Origin: Myxococcota bacterium | GTDB lineage: Bacteria > Myxococcota_A > Polyangia > Polyangiales > Sandaracinaceae | Assembly (NCBI GenBank): GCA_036149055.1 | Contig: JAYZQJ010000061.1 | Span: forward strand, 1-33,498 | Direction: 5' to 3' | Length of the DNA: 33,498 bases | Shown: one piece after another, positions 10,567 through 19,022 of the stretch | Layout of the letters: every line of letters starts with the position of its first letter | How positions within the stretch are numbered: the first letter of the stretch is position 1 | Position numbers and translations under genes: made by a program | The notes under the pieces: generated by a model | Told to the model about the DNA's origin: nothing | Databases searched by the model: none | The model's input: only the letters and a program-made list of their open reading frames with translations

Positions 10567-10746
10567 GTGACCACCTCGAACGCGCTCGTCGACACCCTCT
10601 CTCCGACCCCCGCCGATCCGAGCGAGAGCCCGGAGCGTCCGCTCGAGACCCGACTCGGGGAGGCGCTCGGCCGCATCGCCGAAGACGCCCGCGACGCCGC
10701 CGAGCGCTACGCGCGCGACACCGAGGTCCCCGAGGGCGGCGAGTAA
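10567..10746 (+). CDS. Pup/UBact-like small modifier protein (59 aa, C-terminal GGE), absent from the ORF track
   Basis: MTTSNALVDTLSPTPADPSESPERPLETRLGEALGRIAEDARDAAERYARDTEVPEGGE*; perfect SD; acidic, disorder-prone; 13 nt upstream of a PafA-family gene. Confidence 0.85.
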   Translation: MTTSNALVDTLSPTPADPSESPERPLETRLGEALGRIAEDARDAAERYARDTEVPEGGE

Positions 10747-10759
10747 CGCCGCGCGGGCG

Positions 10760-12505
10760 ATGCGTCGCGTCGCCGGGATCGAGCAAGAGTACGCGATCCG
10801 CTACTCCCCGGTCGGCGGGGAGGGACGGCCGAGCCATCGGCGCGTGTTCCTGGCCTTCCTCCGCACGCTGTCGGAGGAGCTGCAGCCGGGGATCGTCGCC
10901 GAGGAGCGCCTCGACGAGCTGGAGGCGGCCCCGACGCCGGGCATGGGCGCCTTCGTCCTGAACGGCGGGCGCGTCTACTACGAGGCCCTGTCGAAGGCGC
11001 CCGACGGCGGGCTCATCGAGCTCGCGACGCCCGAGTGCCGGGGCGCCAACCAGCTGCTGGTCTACGAGCGCGCGCAAGACGCGCTGCTGCGCCGGGCGCT
11101 GCCCGGGATGCGCCGCCGGCTCGCGCGGGCCGGCTATCCGGGCGAGCTGGATCTCCTGAAGAACTGTCGCGACGCGGCCGGGCACGTGTACGGCACCCAG
11201 GAGAACGTCGAGGTGGAGGTGGCCCGGGGGCCGGCGCTGCTCGCCTACCGCGCGCTCGCCGCGCTGCTGCTCCCCTGGCCGATCGCGCTCACCCTCGCGC
11301 TCTGGGCGATCCTGATCTCGGTCGCGCTGGTCGTCTGCGGGCTGCTCCTCGCGCTCGGCCTCGTCTACGTGACGATCGCGCTGGGGCTCGGGGCGCTGGG
11401 GCTCGCCGGCGTCCGCGCCCGGCGCGCCTGGAGCCTCCTGGATCGCGCGCTGGCCTGGCCCGACCGGCACCTCGGCGTGACGCTGCGCGGGCGCGATCAT
11501 CGCGGCGCGGTCCTGCTCCACCGCTTCGACCACGCGATGTCCTACGCCTTCGCGACGCCGCACCTCGTGCTCGCGCGGCTCTTCCTCTTCGGCCGGGTGC
11601 GGCGCGACCTCGGCGGCCTGCTCGCCTCGCGGGTGGTGCTCTCGGGCGCGGGCGTGCGGCGGGACGACGGCGGCTTCGGTCTGTCGGAGAAGGCCGACGC
11701 GATCGGGGCGCTGCAGCGCTGGCACCTCGGGACGGCGCGCGCGATCCTCGATCCCGTCGAGAGCTACCGCGCGACCCAGGGCCTCGTCGCGCTCCGGGTG
11801 CGGCAGGTGGGGCGGCTCTTCGCGCGGCGGCAGCGGCTGCAGCTCGGGTGCTCGGACGCGAGCCTCGCCGAGGTCGGCGGCCTGCTGAAGATCGGCACCC
11901 TCCTCGAGGCCCTCGCGCTCTCGGACGACGGCGCGCTCGCCGATCTCCCCCGCCCGCGCGATCCGGTCGCCGCGCTCCGCGCGTTCAGCGCCGACCCGAG
12001 CCTCACCGCGCGCGTGCCGATGAGCGACGGCGCGCCGCGCACCGCGCTCGAGATCCAGCGGCTCTACCTCGAGCGCGCCGAGGCCGCCGGGGGCGCGGTC
12101 GATCCCGAGCGCCTCGAGATCCTCCGGCTGTGGCGCGAGTCCCTCGACGCCCTCGAGCGGGACCCGCGCAGCCTGTTCGGGCGCATCGACTGGGTGACCA
12201 AGCGCGAGCTGATCGCGCGGTGCGCGGACGACGACGCCTCGGCCACCAAGGTGGCCCTCCGGTACGCCGAGCTCGAGGGCGGCTACTTTCGCGCGCTCGA
12301 GCGAGACGGGCTCACCGATCGCGTGCTCGACGACGCCGAGATCGAGCGCGCGGTCACCGAGGCCCCGAGCGACACCCGGGCCTTCGCCCGCGCCCGGCTG
12401 GTGCGACGCCTCGCGCGCGAGGGCGGCCCTCGCGAGATCGGCTGGGATCGCGTCCGGGTCGGCCCCCGCTTCCGGGGGAAGGTCATCTTCCTCTTCGGGG
12501 AGTGA
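10760..12505 (+). CDS. PafA/Dop-family (Pup ligase-like) protein with transmembrane insertion
   Basis: RRVAGIEQEY (GhExE), NGGRVY, ELATPEC, LLKNCRDAAGHVYGTQEN, LASRVVLSGAG, LSEKADAI, RLQLGCSD..LKIGT, IDWVTK, DTRA occur in PafA order; ~60-aa hydrophobic stretch inserted. Confidence 0.88.
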   Translation: MRRVAGIEQEYAIRYSPVGGEGRPSHRRVFLAFLRTLSEELQPGIVAEERLDELEAAPTPGMGAFVLNGGRVYYEALSKAPDGGLIELATPECRGANQLLVYERAQDALLRRALPGMRRRLARAGYPGELDLLKNCRDAAGHVYGTQENVEVEVARGPALLAYRALAALLLPWPIALTLALWAILISVALVVCGLLLALGLVYVTIALGLGALGLAGVRARRAWSLLDRALAWPDRHLGVTLRGRDHRGAVLLHRFDHAMSYAFATPHLVLARLFLFGRVRRDLGGLLASRVVLSGAGVRRDDGGFGLSEKADAIGALQRWHLGTARAILDPVESYRATQGLVALRVRQVGRLFARRQRLQLGCSDASLAEVGGLLKIGTLLEALALSDDGALADLPRPRDPVAALRAFSADPSLTARVPMSDGAPRTALEIQRLYLERAEAAGGAVDPERLEILRLWRESLDALERDPRSLFGRIDWVTKRELIARCADDDASATKVALRYAELEGGYFRALERDGLTDRVLDDAEIERAVTEAPSDTRAFARARLVRRLAREGGPREIGWDRVRVGPRFRGKVIFLFGE

Positions 12506-12512
12506 CCGCGGC

Positions 12513-14582
12513 TCAGGGGCAGGAGCGGCCCCAGGACTCGAGGCGCGCGCGGACCTCGCCGATGGCGGGGTGATCGGGGACGAGGCGGCAGAAGCGCTGG
12601 TAGTCCCGGATGGCTTGTTGACGCTCACCCGCCGCGTCGTAGCAGTCGCCCCGGCGACGGAGCGCGATGGCCGGGGCGCCGCCGCGGATGGCCTCGTCGA
12701 GGATCCGCACGCAGCGCTGGGCGTCGCCGCCGCGCATCGCGCTTCGAGCCTGTCGCAGCGCCTCCGTCGGGGTGAGCGGGCCGGGCGCCGCCTCCTCGCG
12801 CGGCGGGCTCGGGGCGCGGCGCTCGCCGAAGCCGGGGAGGAAGTCACCGGGATCCGACGTCTCGGCGGGCGCGCGCTCCTCCGGCGCGTCGGCCTCGGTC
12901 GTCGGCGCGGCGCGGCGCTCCTCGCGCGGCTCGGCGCGAGCCCGACGGGCGCGACGCGGCGTGGGCTCGGGCTCCTCCTCCGCCTCCGGCGCAGGCTCCT
13001 CCGTGGTCGGCTCGGGGAGCTCGGCGCCCTCGACCGGCGCCTCCTCCGGGACGACCTCGACCGGCGCCTCTTCCTCCGGCGTCTCCTCCACCGCCGTCTC
13101 GGCCGGCGGCGGCTCCTCCTGGGAGCGCTCGTAGAAGTAGAGCCCGGCGATCACGAGGCCGGCGCTCGCCGCGCCCGCGAGCAGCGCGCCGAGCACGAGC
13201 AGCCAGCGCCCGCCCTTCTTGGGGATCGCGCTCGCGGGGATCGGCGTGCCGTCCCAGCCGGAGCTCGAGACGGCCGGCGCCGACGGGATCGACGCGCGCT
13301 GCGAGGCGTCCATCATCTCCGTCTGCGCGACCCGTCGCTTGGGCGCGGGCGGCTCGGGGAAGGACTCGACCTCGAACGGGGTCTCGCGGGTGGCCGGCAT
13401 CGCGCGGCCCTCTTCCGGGGAGCGCGTGTCGGGGATCTTCGGCTTGGCGGGCAGCGCGGGGCCCGGCGCCGGCGGCACGGGAGCCCCGGCGACCGCGCCC
13501 ATCGCCGCGGTGGCCCCGTAGGCCAGCTCGCTGCGATCGGGCGCCGGCGTCAGGCCGCTGAACGTCCCGATCGGCAGCTTGCCGCCCTCGTCGGGCGCGG
13601 GCGGAGGGTTCGTCGCCGGCACGCCGGCGTCGGGCGGCGGCACGCTGGCCACCTTCATGCCGCCGAACGCCTGGGTCGCGAGCCCTCGGCGCTGCTCCGA
13701 GCGGACCGCGGACACGCCCCCGACCGCGTCGATGTAGGCCTCGGCGAGCTGCATCGCGGTGTCGTGACGCGCGGTGCGGGTGCGGGACATCGCGCGCATC
13801 ACCACCGCCTCGACCGCCTCGGGCACGTCCGGGCGCGCCGAGCGCAGCGGCACCACCTGGGCGTTGAGGATCGCGATGATGAGATCGGTCGGCGTCGAGG
13901 TCAGGAACGGCGGCCGGCCGGCGAGCGCCTCGTAGAGGATCACCCCCAGCGCGTAGACGTCGACCCGCCCGTCGACGTCGGGCTCGGCGCCGAGCTGCTC
14001 GGGGCTCATGTACCGCGGCGTGCCCAGGATCTCGCCCGTCTGGGTGAGCTTCTCGCTCCCGTAGACCTTGGAGATCCCGAAGTCGAGCAGCTTGACCTGC
14101 ACCCCGTGCGCGGTGGGACAGAGGAAGATGTTGTCGGGCTTGAGATCGCGGTGGACGATGCCCCGCGCGTGCGCCGCGTGGAGCCCGGCGCAGGTGCCGG
14201 CGACGATCGGCGCGAGCTCGGTGGGGTCGAGCGGGCCCCGCCGCATGCGCGATCCGAGCGTCTCCCCCTCGAGCAGCTCCATGATCACGAAGACCGCGCC
14301 GTCGTCGAGCTCGCCCCAGGACTCGACCGAGACGATGGCCGGGTTGTCGAGCTCGCTGAGGACCTGGCCCTCGCGCTTGGTGCGCTCCACCGCCTCCGGC
14401 TTGGCGGCCACGTCGGCGTGCAGGACCTTCACCGCGACGCGACGGCCGCTCTCGGTGTCCTCGGCCGCGAAGACCTCGGCCATGCCGCCCTCGCCGAGCT
14501 TCTCCTCGAGCCGGTAGCGCCCTGCCACGAGCGTGCCCGGCGCGAGGGCCCGCGCTGCGCGTCTCCGCGCCGCCCGTGTCAC
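12513..14582 (-). CDS. Membrane Ser/Thr protein kinase with C-terminal TPR-like domain
   Basis: LGEGGMAEV, VAVK, HRDLKPDN, DFG, GTPRYMSPE, DVYALG; Pro-rich linker; TM WLLVLGALLAGAASAGLVIAGLYFY; TPR-like ALRRRGDCYDAAGERQQAIRDYQRF. Confidence 0.92.
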   Translation of the reverse strand: MTRAARRRAARALAPGTLVAGRYRLEEKLGEGGMAEVFAAEDTESGRRVAVKVLHADVAAKPEAVERTKREGQVLSELDNPAIVSVESWGELDDGAVFVIMELLEGETLGSRMRRGPLDPTELAPIVAGTCAGLHAAHARGIVHRDLKPDNIFLCPTAHGVQVKLLDFGISKVYGSEKLTQTGEILGTPRYMSPEQLGAEPDVDGRVDVYALGVILYEALAGRPPFLTSTPTDLIIAILNAQVVPLRSARPDVPEAVEAVVMRAMSRTRTARHDTAMQLAEAYIDAVGGVSAVRSEQRRGLATQAFGGMKVASVPPPDAGVPATNPPPAPDEGGKLPIGTFSGLTPAPDRSELAYGATAAMGAVAGAPVPPAPGPALPAKPKIPDTRSPEEGRAMPATRETPFEVESFPEPPAPKRRVAQTEMMDASQRASIPSAPAVSSSGWDGTPIPASAIPKKGGRWLLVLGALLAGAASAGLVIAGLYFYERSQEEPPPAETAVEETPEEEAPVEVVPEEAPVEGAELPEPTTEEPAPEAEEEPEPTPRRARRARAEPREERRAAPTTEADAPEERAPAETSDPGDFLPGFGERRAPSPPREEAAPGPLTPTEALRQARSAMRGGDAQRCVRILDEAIRGGAPAIALRRRGDCYDAAGERQQAIRDYQRFCRLVPDHPAIGEVRARLESWGRSCP

Positions 14583-14645
14583 TCTCCCGCCTCCCGCACG
14601 CGTCTTCCTCTCGGTGTCGGCGCGCCCTCTCGCGGGCTCGCGCGA

Positions 14646-15167
14646 TCAGGCCCCAGCGTACTGGATGCCGACCTTCACGCACCAGACCACGATGGACACG
14701 ATCGACAGGGCGATCGCGATCTTCTCCGCGTGGAGCCGGTCGAGCGTGTCGACGACGGGCATCTTCCGCACGATGCCGAGGAGCGCGACCGGGACCATCG
14801 CCGCCGTGCAGAGGAAGAGGAGGATGCCGAAGGGGTTGGCGTGGAAGGCGCCGAAGACCTCGAGCCGGATCATGTGGGAGAACGAGGTCGTCAGCCCGCA
14901 GCCCGGGCACGGGTAGCCGGTGTAGACGAGGAACCCGCAGGGCGGCAGGCCGAGCTGGGTGTGCGTGCCGTGCCCGGCCGTCGACGGCGTCAGGGTCGCG
15001 GCGGTGATCAGCACCGCGAGCGGCCCGAGGAAGAGCACCGCCCACACCGCCAGCGACACCCAGCTGCCCTCGCCGACCAGGTCGGCGCCGAAGATCGTCC
15101 CGCGGGACGGCGCGCCGGTGCGCGGGGGGAGCGCGGCGCTCTCGGCCACCGTGGAGGTCTCGTCCAT
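14646..15167 (-). CDS. DUF2752-family membrane protein
   Basis: GTHTQLGLPPCGF...PCPGCGLTTSF...ANPFG plus TM helices. Confidence 0.8.
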   Translation of the reverse strand: MDETSTVAESAALPPRTGAPSRGTIFGADLVGEGSWVSLAVWAVLFLGPLAVLITAATLTPSTAGHGTHTQLGLPPCGFLVYTGYPCPGCGLTTSFSHMIRLEVFGAFHANPFGILLFLCTAAMVPVALLGIVRKMPVVDTLDRLHAEKIAIALSIVSIVVWCVKVGIQYAGA

Positions 15168-15235
15168 CGCCAGAACTGAAACGCACGCCCGGGCCTCCGT
15201 CAAGCGCACGCCCCGATGTGCTACCCCTCCTGACG

Positions 15236-16267
15236 ATGCCCGCCTCGAGCCTCCTCCGCCGCCTCGCCCGCGGCGCCCTCCAGGCCCCCTCCCCGCTCCG
15301 CCGCGGGCTCGCCGGCCCGGCGCCGATCAACGATCGCGGCGTGAGCCTCGATCCGCAGCTGCACCTCATGCTCTCGATCCTCGAGCGGGCCGATCGGCCC
15401 ACCCTCGAGGAGCTGGGCGTGGAGGCCGGGCGCGCGGAGATGCGACAGCTGACCCGCCTCGCGGACATGCCGACGCGCCCGCTGCATCGGGTGGAGGATC
15501 GCTGGATCGCCGGCCCCGCCGGCGAGATCCCGGTCCGGGTCTACGCGGCCGGTCCGGGTCGCCGGCCCGGCATCCTCTACTTCCACGGCGGCGGCTTCGT
15601 GCTGGGCGACCTCGACACCCACGACGGCCTCTGCCGGTTCCTCGCCGAGCGCGCCGACGCGCACGTGATCGCGGTGCACTACCGCCTGGCGCCGGAGAAC
15701 GCCTTCCCGGCCGCGGTCGAGGACGCGGTCGCCGCGTTCCGATACGTGCACGCGCACGCCGACGCCTTCGACGTCGACCCCGATCGGATCGCGGTCGCGG
15801 GGGACTCGGCGGGCGGCAACCTCTCGGCGGTGGTCTGCCAGCAGACCCGTGGCGGCCCGACCCCGGCCTTCCAGTGCCTGATCTACCCGGCCACCGAGAT
15901 GACCCGCTCGCACGCGTCCCACCGCACGTTCGCCGACGGCTTCTACCTCACCGAGCCTTTGATCGACTTCTTCCTCGCGACCTACCTCACGAGCCCCGAG
16001 GACGAGACCGATCCGAAGGCGTCCCCGCTGGTGACCCCGGAGCTCGCCGGGCTGCCGCCCGCGCACGTGGTCGTCGCCGGCTTCGATCCGCTCCGCGACG
16101 AGGGCGAGGCCTACGCGGAGGCCCTGATGGGCGCGGGGGTCCCCACCACGCTGGTCGACCAGGGCAGCCTCATCCACGGCTTCGTCCAGATGGGAGGCCT
16201 GATCGACGCCGCCCGCTGGGCGATCGAGGACATCGCCGACGCCCTCCACCGCGGCCTCCATCGGTGA
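15236..16267 (+). CDS. HSL-family (alpha/beta hydrolase_3) lipase/esterase
   Basis: HGGGF oxyanion motif, YRLAPE, GDSAGG nucleophile, DPLRDEG, HGF. Confidence 0.92.
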   Translation: MPASSLLRRLARGALQAPSPLRRGLAGPAPINDRGVSLDPQLHLMLSILERADRPTLEELGVEAGRAEMRQLTRLADMPTRPLHRVEDRWIAGPAGEIPVRVYAAGPGRRPGILYFHGGGFVLGDLDTHDGLCRFLAERADAHVIAVHYRLAPENAFPAAVEDAVAAFRYVHAHADAFDVDPDRIAVAGDSAGGNLSAVVCQQTRGGPTPAFQCLIYPATEMTRSHASHRTFADGFYLTEPLIDFFLATYLTSPEDETDPKASPLVTPELAGLPPAHVVVAGFDPLRDEGEAYAEALMGAGVPTTLVDQGSLIHGFVQMGGLIDAARWAIEDIADALHRGLHR

Positions 16268-16285
16268 CCCGCGCGCCAAACGAGA

Positions 16286-16315
16286 CGAGCCCGCCTCCTG
16301 ACGAAGGCGGGCTCG
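16286..16315. terminator. Hairpin between convergent genes (putative terminator)
   Basis: cgagcccgcct-N8-aggcgggctcg, 11-bp perfect stem; no clear U-tract. Confidence 0.55.
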
Positions 16316-16334
16316 CTGCGGGGACCGTCGGGGC

Positions 16335-17690
16335 TCAGCGGCGGCGGCGGTAGACGAAGGCGCCGAGCAGGCCGAGCGAGAGGAGGAGCGCGGCCGGGGA
16401 GGCCGGGCTGCCCTGGCCCGCGGCGGTGCAGGCGCAGCCGCCGTCCTCGATGGTCTCGCGGTCGGACGGGCGGTCGGTCGAGGGCTCGGCCGGCTCCATC
16501 GGGGGCATCAGCGGGATGCAGCCCTCGGCCGAGCAGACCATGCCCTCGCCGCAGGAGGCGTCCGCGTCCTCGTCGACCTCGCCGTCGCAGTCGTCGTCGA
16601 CCGCGTTGCAGGTCTCGGCGACCGGCTCGACCGCGTCGGCGCAGGCGCCCCAGGCGCCCATCTCACAGAGCTGCACGCCGGGCACGCAGGCGCCCATGTC
16701 GCTGCCGCAGGCGCGGGTGTCGCCGCTGAAGCACTCGCAGCCGGGGTCGACCACGCCGTCGCAGTCGTTGTCGAGGCCGTCGCAGAGCTCCGGCGCGCCC
16801 GGGTAGACGGTGGGCTCCATGTCGTCGCAGTCGCGGCGCTCGGGGTCGGGCTCGGTGCCGGGCATCGAGGGGTCGCTGCCGCAGAGGTTGTGGCCGTCCT
16901 CGTCGACGTCGAAGCCCTCGTCGACGGTGCCATCGCAGTCGTTGTCGAGGCCGTCGCACATCTCGTCGGTGAGCTCGCGGGCGATGCCGTCGAGCGCCAT
17001 GCGGAGCTCGGTGAGGTCGTTCGCCTGCAGGTAGCAGTGGTTCATCGCCGAGGGCTCGGAGAGCGTCGGGTCGCAGCCCGGGAGGTCGGTGCCGGCGGCG
17101 ACGGCCGCGCGGTTCAGGGTCAGCGAGTCCACCGAGGCGCCGAAGCCGACCACGTGCACGGTCACGCCGAGGTCGCGGAGGCGCGTGACGGCCTCGACCG
17201 GGGTGAAGCGGGTCGACGCCTCGTAGGGGTCACACCACTGCCAGCCGTCGGTGATGAGGATGAGGTGGTTGTCGCGGGCGCCCACCATGCGGGGGCCGTA
17301 GTACTCGCGCGCCGCGTCGAGGGTCTGGGCCATCGGCGTGTAGTTGCCGCCGCTGGGGGGCGGGTCGCCGAGGGCCGCCATCAGGTCGGCGTGGGTGTGG
17401 GTGCCGAAGTCCATGGTCACCGCGCCGGGCGAGCACTGGTTCGGGTAGGGGAAGACCTGGAGCCCGAAGTCGATGCTCCCGGAGTAGCCGCTCGCGAGCT
17501 CGCCCAGCGCCATGCGCGCGGCGTCCCACTTGGTCCCGCCGCCGGGCAGCGAGCCCAGCATGCTGGAGGACTTGTCGACGGTGAGCAGGATCTGCGGTGC
17601 GTCGCAGCGCTGCGCCTCCGAGACGGAGGGCGCGATCCAGAACAGCAGGGCCGCGAGGCCCGAGAGGATGCGAGCGGTACGGGTCATCAT
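16335..17690 (-). CDS. Secreted vWA-domain protein with Cys/Asp-rich metal-binding repeats and MYXO-CTERM tail
   Basis: Signal peptide; MIDAS DKSSSM, TPM, ITDG; repeats CDGLDNDCDG x2 and CNAVDDDCDG; C-terminus GGCAC...ALLLSLGLLGAFVYRRRR. Confidence 0.88.
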   Translation of the reverse strand: MMTRTARILSGLAALLFWIAPSVSEAQRCDAPQILLTVDKSSSMLGSLPGGGTKWDAARMALGELASGYSGSIDFGLQVFPYPNQCSPGAVTMDFGTHTHADLMAALGDPPPSGGNYTPMAQTLDAAREYYGPRMVGARDNHLILITDGWQWCDPYEASTRFTPVEAVTRLRDLGVTVHVVGFGASVDSLTLNRAAVAAGTDLPGCDPTLSEPSAMNHCYLQANDLTELRMALDGIARELTDEMCDGLDNDCDGTVDEGFDVDEDGHNLCGSDPSMPGTEPDPERRDCDDMEPTVYPGAPELCDGLDNDCDGVVDPGCECFSGDTRACGSDMGACVPGVQLCEMGAWGACADAVEPVAETCNAVDDDCDGEVDEDADASCGEGMVCSAEGCIPLMPPMEPAEPSTDRPSDRETIEDGGCACTAAGQGSPASPAALLLSLGLLGAFVYRRRR

Positions 17691-17703
17691 GGCCGCGAGT
17701 AGA

Positions 17704-17718
17704 GCAGGCACCGTGCCA
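17704..17718 (-). promoter_or_regulatory. Putative sigma54 -24/-12 promoter for the vWA gene
   Basis: Minus strand TGGCAC-GGTGC-CTGC (GG-N10-GC). Confidence 0.6.
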
Positions 17719-17940
17719 GCGGCCATCGCTCCCCGTATCGCGCCGGATCCGGGGGTTTTCCGTCGACCCCGGCCCTTCAGGTGGCGACTCGACCTGCCGT
17801 TTTCCGGGGTCCGGGCGAGCCAGTGGCCACCGCTCTCGCCACAGCCGCTTCTTCCGTCCTCGTCACCCTCGGAAATCAGTGACGGTGCGCGCGAGAGGTG
17901 GTAGGGTCTCCCCTCGGCTCGAGCGCCGGAAGAACGTACG

Positions 17941-18594
17941 ATGGCCGGGTCCCCCCTCCTCGGATACAACACGAACGTCCGGCATCTGGGGAAGCTCTAC
18001 CACATCCAGACGGAAGACTCTGGAGCCTCCCACGGTCACATCTTCACCCATCTGTTCGCAGATGGCGGGCGCATCATCGCGTCCAAGAAGACGACCTACA
18101 GCCAGTACATCGGCACCGCCGAGTACCCGGGCGTCGTGAAGCAGCTGATGCGCGAGTCGCACAAGGCGATGTTCATCGCCCTGCGCGACGGCCTGTTCGA
18201 CGAGGACGAGGCGGCGGGCGCGCGGGCGATGATGGAGATGGAGATCACGCTCGACGGCGCGACTCCGCCCAAGAAGCCGGCGACGCCCACCCCGAGCGCC
18301 GAGATCGACGTCGACGCCCTCGAGCGGGCGGCCGAGGCCAAGCTCGCCGAGGCCGCGGAGAAGCAGACGCCGAGCCAGGCCCCGGCGGCGCGCCAGTCGA
18401 CGCGTCCTCAGACCGACTCCGGCCGCTACGCCCCGACGCGCCCCGCGGTCGCCAGCGGCGGCAGCCACCGCCCCGCCGCGCGCCCCCCGGATCCCGCCTC
18501 CGAGTCGATCTTCGGCAGCGATCTCCTCAGCGAGAAGAGCCTCGACGAGGTGATCCTCAGCTACCTCGCCGAAGACGTCGACGACGAGGGCTGA
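17941..18594 (+). CDS. Conserved myxobacterial protein, RomY-like (polarity module)
   Basis: N-terminal GYNTNVRHLGKLYHIQTEDSG...THLF...SKKTTY, low-complexity linker, C-terminal FGSDLLSEKSLDEVILSYL; RomY assignment from memory. Confidence 0.6.
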   Translation: MAGSPLLGYNTNVRHLGKLYHIQTEDSGASHGHIFTHLFADGGRIIASKKTTYSQYIGTAEYPGVVKQLMRESHKAMFIALRDGLFDEDEAAGARAMMEMEITLDGATPPKKPATPTPSAEIDVDALERAAEAKLAEAAEKQTPSQAPAARQSTRPQTDSGRYAPTRPAVASGGSHRPAARPPDPASESIFGSDLLSEKSLDEVILSYLAEDVDDEG

Positions 18595-18604
18595 CGGAAC
18601 GCGA

Positions 18605-18633
18605 GAGGCCCCGCTCCGAGGGAGCGAGGCCTC
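18605..18633. terminator. Hairpin between convergent genes
   Basis: gaggccccgctcc-gag-ggagcgaggcctc, 13-bp stem with one mismatch. Confidence 0.55.
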
Positions 18634-18654
18634 CAGTCGAGCGTCGCCCGGAGC

Positions 18655-18978
18655 TCACCCCAGCAGCTGCTGGAGCTTCGTGGCCTTCATGGCGTCGCCC
18701 GAGACCTTGAGCTTGCCCTGGAAGTAGAGCTGCATCGCCGACGAGGGGTTGTCGCTGATCGTCTGCCAGTCCTCGCTGGTCAGCTCGAGGGTGCAGTCGG
18801 CCTCGCCCGCCTCGCCCTCCTTCACGCCCGGGTCGTCCTTGCAGTTGACCGTCCAGGTGCCGCCGTCGTCGCCGGAGATCTTGAAGAGGAACACCGCGTC
18901 GATGTTCTTCGCGGACTCGGGGTCCGAGGAGATCTTCTCGGGCAGGTTCTTCTCGAAATCGGTCTTGGGGTCGGGCAT
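18655..18978 (-). CDS. SCP2 sterol/lipid-binding domain protein
   Basis: FLFKISGDDGGTWTV, ADCTLEL, AMQLYFQGKLKVSGDAMKATKL; RBS AGGAGG. Confidence 0.9.
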   Translation of the reverse strand: MPDPKTDFEKNLPEKISSDPESAKNIDAVFLFKISGDDGGTWTVNCKDDPGVKEGEAGEADCTLELTSEDWQTISDNPSSAMQLYFQGKLKVSGDAMKATKLQQLLG

Positions 18979-19022
18979 GTCGATGGACCTCCTGAAAGGG
19001 TGCGGACAGCGCGTCCGAGGTT

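Noticed and set aside
10760..12505. Naming the gene pafA or dop outright
   Set aside because: The family is clear, but ligase versus deamidase cannot be established by eye given the divergent motifs. Ligase is favoured only because the adjacent modifier already ends in Glu.
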